A program made the position numbers and the translations under genes. Below are positions 47,953 to 54,002 of a DNA stretch of 54,002 nucleotides, piece after piece. The notes under the pieces are model-generated. The model worked only from the letters and a program-made list of their open reading frames with translations, was not told the origin of the DNA and did not search any database. The DNA is from Prorocentrum cordatum. Taxonomy: Eukaryota. The first letter of the stretch is position 1, and every line of letters starts with the position of its first letter. The stretch is from the NCBI GenBank assembly GCA_963575745.1, contig CAUYUJ010000274.1, forward strand, positions 62,001-116,002. The letters run 5' to 3'.

Positions 47953-49583
47953 CATCATCATGCATCATCATCACATCATCATCATCAGCATCATCATCCG
48001 CCTTCCGCCTCCGCCTCCAGCCTCCCCGCCTCCGCCTCCCCTCCTCCTCCTCCACATCCCGCCCTCCTCCTCCTCGCCTCCGCCTCCGCCTCCGCCTCCG
48101 CCTCCTCTCCCTCCTCCTCCTCCTCCTCTCCTCCTCCCTCCTCCTCCTTCCTCCTCCTCCTCCTCCTCCTCCTCCTCCTCCTGCCGCTCTCTCCTCCTCC
48201 TCCTCCTCCTCCTCCTCCTCCTCCTCCTCCTCCTCCCTCCTCCTCCCTCCTCCTCCTCCTCCTCCTCCTCCCTCCTCCTGGTCCCTCCTCGTCCCCCTTC
48301 CTTCTCCGCCTCCGAGGCCCGCTGTGCACCCCACTCTGCCGCACGGCACGCCGAAGACCAGCGCACCTGGGTGGCCCGATCCGCCCAGTCAGAGAATATA
48401 CCACCAACTCAACGTCTGTCGCCTCAACCTGGGCTTTTTCGGAAGCTAGCAGCCCTCGCCCAGCTTCCGACTTTTGGCGCGTCCCCCTACAGGGGGATCT
48501 TGGGCGAAGAGTTGAAAAATACTGAAAAAGTACCCCCCGAATTGGCAAAAGTAGTAAAAAAAAATCGTCCCCTGGCGAATGTTTGACTATTTTTGTAGAT
48601 TCCCCCCGAAGAGGGACAGGCCCGACTTAAACCTGGGCTGCAAAGTGCGTGGCGGGATTGGGATGCAGCGCACATCCTGCGCGAAAGGGCGAAAGATCGC
48701 TGTTGCCTCATCGCCGCGCTCGTGCTTCTGGAGAACCGAATTCCCGCTCGGGCGCGGGCGCTGCGAAGATGTCGCTTGAAAGTGGCGTTCCCGCCTCGAC
48801 GCGCCGCAGATCTGCTACTCGCTGATTTGGGGGGCCCGCGCGAGCGGGCGATTTCGCGACCTGTCGCCCATGACAGCGTCCCGTGCGCAATTCCTTCAGA
48901 AGTGGCGTTTGCGCGCGGGCGCGGCGCGTGGTTCGTCCGCCGACTGGCGCGACAGCGACAGCGGCAGCGCGGCCGCGCGGCCGCGCGACAGCAAGAGAAG
49001 TGCTGGCCTCGCCCAACCGCCGCGCAACTTGTGAGTGAAAGTGGCCGTGCCGTGTGCGCGCGGCGCACGCTCTCTGACTCGATCGACCTTGCTACATGGA
49101 CTCCTGCCCATCATTATTCCTTTATCGGTCCGTGCACTCAATCTGCAAGGCAGCTGCCGACAAGGGCCCAATCAAGGACCCTCCACCCTGCGCGTGGGTA
49201 TAATATCCGCCCCCGTGCCTCTGAGGAACGAGATGGAGTGCCCTCAGGCCCCTTGCTGTATCGACCCCTCTGGAGCCTTAGTCCTCCTCCTCCTCCTCCT
49301 CCTCCGCCTCCGCCTCCTCCTCCTCCTCCTCCTCCTCCTCCTCCACTTCCTCCCTCAGGGGCCCGAGGAGGGCCCAGAGGGTCCCGAGAGCGAGGCCTCG
49401 GAGACGGCGCGAGAGCAGGCGGCCCCAGCATCGAATCGATAAGCCGGATCGGGTCGACCGGAGCATCGAATCGGCAGGAATCGGCAAAAGCCGGCAGCCA
49501 AATCGAAATCGGCTGAAGTCGGCAGGTCCGAGCCGGATCGAATCGGAAACCGGACCGCGTCAAGCCGGATCGGAATCGAAATC

Positions 49584-50030
49584 GGACCCCCCCCCCTGGG
49601 GGAGGGCTGGGTTTTTGAAACCCCCCCCGGGAGGGGGGGGGGGTTGGACCCCCCCCCCTGGGGGGGGGTTGGAACCCCCCTCCCCCGGGGGGTGGGGGGG
49701 GGAGTTTTTTTGGACCCCCCCCCCGAGGGGGGGGGGGGGGGAGTTGAACCCCCTCCTGGGGGGGGGGGGAACCCCCCCTGGGGGGGGTTTGGCGTCCCGG
49801 GGCTTTTGGACCCCCCCCCTGGGGGGGGTTGGGGGTTCCGGGGCTTTTGGTTTGGACCCCCCCCCCTGGGAGGGGGTTGGGGTCCCAGCGCTTTTGGACC
49901 CCCCCCCCCCTGGGAGGGATTTGGGGTCCCGGGGCTTTTGGACCTCCCCCCTGGAGGGGGTTTGGGGTCCTGGGGCTTTTGGAAAACCCAACCTGGGGAG
50001 GTTTGGGGTTTTTGGACTCCCCCCTGGGGG
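49584..50030. repeat. Tandem C-run/T/G-run palindromic minisatellite inside a GAATCG-rich repeat (49430-50220)
   Basis: Units like GGACCCCCCCCCTGGGGGGGGTT...GTCCCGGGGCTTTT. Confidence 0.8.
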
Positions 50031-50343
50031 TTCCTCCTCCCTCCTCCTCCTCCTCCTCCCCTTGGGGGCCAGAGCCGGAGCGAAGCCGGATCGGCAAAAG
50101 CCGGCAGGAATCGGCTGACGCATCGAATCGGCAGAAGCCGGATCGGGCGAACTCGAAATCGGAATCGCGAATCGGGATCGCGGAAATCGATTCGAATCGA
50201 ACCGGCGGAATCGGAATGACCCCTGCGAGAGGGCCCCAGACCGCCAGCCGATCGGCCCGAGGCGCCCAGGGGGGCGTCCCGTCGGCCGAGAGAGCGCCCA
50301 AGACGTCTCAAGGGGCCTCCGAGAGGATCCCCAACAGTGTTCG

Positions 50344-50672
50344 GAGGATTAGGGAGGATTAAGGAGGATTAAGGAGGAAGGATTAAGGATTAAGGAGGAT
50401 TCAGCGGAGGATTAAGGAGGACTAAGGAATAAGGAGGATTAAGGAGTAAGGAGGATTAAGGATTAAGGATTAAGGAGGATTAAGGAATAAGAAGGATTAA
50501 GGAGGATCCCCAACAATGTTTGGAGGTCTTCGTCGGAAGGATTAAGGAGGATTACGCCCCGTTGAAGGGCTGCTACGCTGGAGTGGGCATCGGATTAGGC
50601 GGGATTAGGCCGGATTACGCGGGATTCAGCGGGATTCAGCCGGATTCGGCGGGATTCAGCCGGATTTAGCCA
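50344..50672 (+). repeat. GGATTAAGGA / GGATTCAGCG short-unit minisatellite
   Basis: Direct reading. Confidence 0.85.
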
Positions 50673-53231
50673 GATTTCGGACCAGGGCTAAATCAGAATT
50701 GGACCTCCCAGGAGTTGCATCCGAAACAATGCTTCCGCGAGTTGGAATTGGGAGGAAACCCAGGGCCTCCTGAACGCGAGAGTTCCTTGACGCCCGCGGG
50801 AAACCATCGCCGGCCGCACGGAGCGAAGAAACCCAAGATGCCCTGACGAAAAACATCCGGTTTCTTGGTAAGCGCCCCCAATGTACGCTACTCCCGATCG
50901 GCCCGAAGGCCGTGCCAACCTAGAACTCGGGGGGGAACACTCTGCCCGTGCCTCTGGCACCCGGGCAAACGTGCGACTGTCTTACGTGGATGGCTTCTCG
51001 GGCAGGCAGGGGCGGGGAGCGAAAGAGGGCGGGGGAGAGGGGGCAGAAGGGAAGAAAAGCGTCAGATCTCGTTCGCGGGGGCCTTCACCAACAATGCCTC
51101 GAAAGGCTCAAATCATGTATGTTCCTTCGGTTGCTCGAAATGGTTGTGGCTTCCACGCCTTTTTGGCTGCCCGACGCTCTCAGACGCCTCGAAGGCCCCC
51201 CAAAACCCAAAGACTGTCCAAAAGGCTTCCAAGAGGGCCCGAAAAACGACCACGAAAGGTTCCAAGACGGTCCAAGAGGCCTCCAAGACGGCCCAAGAGG
51301 CCCCCAAGACGGCCCAAGAGGCCCCCAAGACGGCTCAAAAAGGGGCCCAAACGGGGACCAGAACTGACACTTCGAGCCCTCAGCCCCGAAAGACCCTCAG
51401 GAGGCACCCAAGAGGCTCCCCAAAGGTCCCAAAGAGGCCCCAAGAGGCCCTCAAAAGGAACCAAGGAGGCCCCAAGAGTTCCCCAAGAGGCTCTCGAAAA
51501 ACCCTGAGAGGCCCCCATAGAGGTCCCCCAAACTGTCCCCAGGAGGCCCCGACACTATCCCCCAGAGGCACCCGAACGCGCTCCGAAGAGACCCCCAACA
51601 ATCATCTACGAGGACCTTGACCCACAATCCAGGCACGGTGGCGAGATCGGAAGGCAATTAGTAGAAGAAGAAGAAGAATAAGAAGAAGACGAAACGCAGT
51701 AAACATAAACTGTTTGCGCTCCGCGCGGATTTCTTGGTTCCGCGCTGGGCCCCCCTCCCTGGCGCGCGGAGCGCGCCAGGGGCGGCGCCAGAGGCGCCCA
51801 GGGGGGGGGCCCAGCGCGGATCCAAGAAATCCGCGCGGAGCGCAAAAAAATATATTTATACGGTGTTTCCTTCTTCGAATTAGAGAACATCTCAGGCGTT
51901 CGTCTCAACATATGAATTGCGTCGAAGATGCTGCAGATGCGTGGCAGGAGCAGGAGGCGGGGCCCACATGCCCCGTGAAAGGCGCCGAAATGCAGCCTTC
52001 GCCTCCGCGCCGCGCTCTCACTTCTCGGGAAACGCGAGCTCTCCCGCTGGCGCGCAGCGCGCGTCTTTCGCACGCCATTTCGTCGACGCACGAGCAGGCG
52101 CAGCTGTAGTGCTCGACTTGGCGCCGCGCCGATTTCGCTTGCTCGCGCTGACACGGCGCAAACTCTTCCCTCGCCAGCTGTGTTTTTGTTTCGGAACCCT
52201 CCCTTGGTTGGGTTCTCGTTCTGTATAGAGAGCACTGTCTGCCCCAACTCCTCACTTCCTCCCGCCCTCCGCCCTCCGCCTCGCCTCCTGCCCTCCCCTC
52301 AGCCGCCCAGCATTTCCTGTTTAGTCGCCCTCTCCCTCGTCGAGCCCTCGCGGGCCCTGCGGGGCTGCGAACCGCGCAACTGTCGCAATTGTCGTGGGCT
52401 CCTCGAAGGTCCAACGGAGTGGCGGTCCACGCGGACCTGGCCGAACCCTCGCAGCTCCCTGCGGTGTTGCGAACCGCGCAGGTGTCGCCATCTTCGTGAG
52501 CTACTGGGAGGCCCAGCGGAGTGGAGGTCCACGCGGATCTAACCCGGCGACTGTCGCCGTTTTCCTGGCGACCTCGGAGGCCCCGCGGAGGGGAGGTCCG
52601 CGCGGACCCTGCCGGGAGCTCGCGGCGCTTCCTGCGGGCGCTGCGAGCCGCGCCACCGTCGCCGTTCTGTCGTGGGCCCCATGGGAGGCCCCGCGGCGCG
52701 GAGGTGCGCGCGGACCCGGCCTGGACCTCGCGGCTCCCCGGGGGGGGGGCTGGCGGAGTGCGCGCCCCTCGGATCATCTTCGCCCGTGCTGAGCGGCCTC
52801 TGATCTAGCTGCACCGCGTTAGACAAAGGGCTGGGTGCGTCACTGGGCGATTAGCAAGGGCTCCCAACTTCGCGCTTCGCGCTGCGCGAAGCGCGAAGTG
52901 CGAATGACTTCGCGCTCTCGCGCCGCCTCCCGGGGGAGAAGAGCAGGATGAGGAATCGAAGCCGAACCGCGAAGCGCGAAGCGCGAATAACTTCGCGCCC
53001 TCGAGGGCGCCCTGGGCGTGCCACTGGGCGACCTGTCGCCCGGACCCAAGCTCGGTGCGCAGTTCGTTCGGCACTGGTGCTCCGCGCGGGCGCGGCGCGC
53101 AGGGCTTGTTTGAAGGGGCCCTGGGACACACAAAAAAATACACATTAGCCTGGCGAAGAACCCAACCATATGCAGTTGTCAGTACCGCAGCTGCGGGTTT
53201 CATCTTCAATGGAACTCCCCATCGGATTACG

Positions 53232-54002
53232 CAACGTGTGAGGGGTGTGCCGAGATGGGTGCCACTGGGGCATTCGGCGAAGCTCCCTATGGGGACATGA
53301 AACACGCGCGCGCGGGGCATGCCGACATGGGTGGCGGAAACGCATGTGCGGGCCGCCACTGGGGCCTCCAGTGGAGCTCCCTATGGGTCCCCGAAACATG
53401 ATGCTGCTGCGGGGGGGGGGCCGGGATGGGTGGCGGAGACGCATGTAAGCGCCGCTACTGGGGCCTTCGGTGGAGCTCCCTATGGGGCCACGAAGCGCGT
53501 GAGGGGTGTACTGGGATGTGTGGCGGGGACGCATGTGAGCGCCGCCACTGGGGCCTTCGGTGCAGCTCTCTATGGGGCCACGAAACGTGTGAGGGGTGTG
53601 CCGAATTGGGTGCGGGGTGGTGACGCATGCGGGCGGCAGCACTGGGGCCTTCGGTGGAGCTCCCCATGGGGCCACGAAACCTGTTGTTGTGAGGGGCGTG
53701 CCGGGATGGGTGGCGGGGACGCATTTGAGCGCGGCCGCTGGGGCCTTCGGTGGAGCTCCCTATGGGGCCACGAAACGTGTGAGGGGTGTGCCGAATTGGG
53801 TGGGTGTGGGTGACGCATGTGAGCGCCGCCACTGGGGCTTCCGGTGGATGATGGGGCCACGAAACCTGTCAAGGATGTGCCGAAATGGGTGTGCGGGACG
53901 CATGCGCATGTGAGCGCCGCCACTGGGGCCTTCGGCGGAGCTCCCTATGGAGCCACGAAACGTGTGAGGGGTGTGCCGAAATGGGTGTGGGTGACGCATG
54001 CG
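53232..54002 (+). repeat. ~90-100-bp tandem satellite, ~8 units, continues past window end
   Basis: Unit core GCCACTGGGGCCTTCGGTGGAGCTCCCTATGGGGCCACGAAACGTGTGAGGGGTGTGCCG. Confidence 0.9.

Noticed and set aside
50344..50550. Interstitial telomeric repeat
   Set aside because: The unit is GGATTAA(GGA), not TTTAGGG/TTAGGG.
53232..54002. CRISPR-like array
   Set aside because: Linkers are homologous to each other rather than unique spacers, there are no cas genes, and the context is eukaryotic.

Overview
This is GC-rich, repeat-saturated eukaryotic genomic DNA. The (CCT)n/(ATC)n/(TAG)n tracts and the element types suggest a dinoflagellate such as Prorocentrum (inference only). Most ORFs in the six-frame track are microsatellite artefacts. 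The coding content I can support is transposon-derived. (1) A ~2,300-aa Helitron/Helentron-type HUH-Rep + PIF1 helicase on the minus strand (9568-16495, one frameshift) ends in at least 8 Stc1-like C4 zinc-finger units instead of the AP endonuclease typical of Helentrons. A candidate subTIR+hairpin terminus lies at ~17159. (2) An apparently full-length but frameshifted LINE (APE-RT-C2H2, no 5' ORF1; ~23519-28440, minus) carries a second ~265-aa ORF of unknown function at its 3' end. (3) A decayed second LINE fragment lies at 8061-9467. (4) A non-autonomous element at 5012-5861 has asymmetric TIRs and a GCGAAGC mini-hairpin, and its empty site can be reconstructed from paralogous repeats in the window. 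The remainder is nested MITE families, a dispersed repeat with ~78-bp internal units, minisatellites, one 100-N assembly gap and possibly tiny host exons. I found no rRNA, tRNA or CRISPR array.
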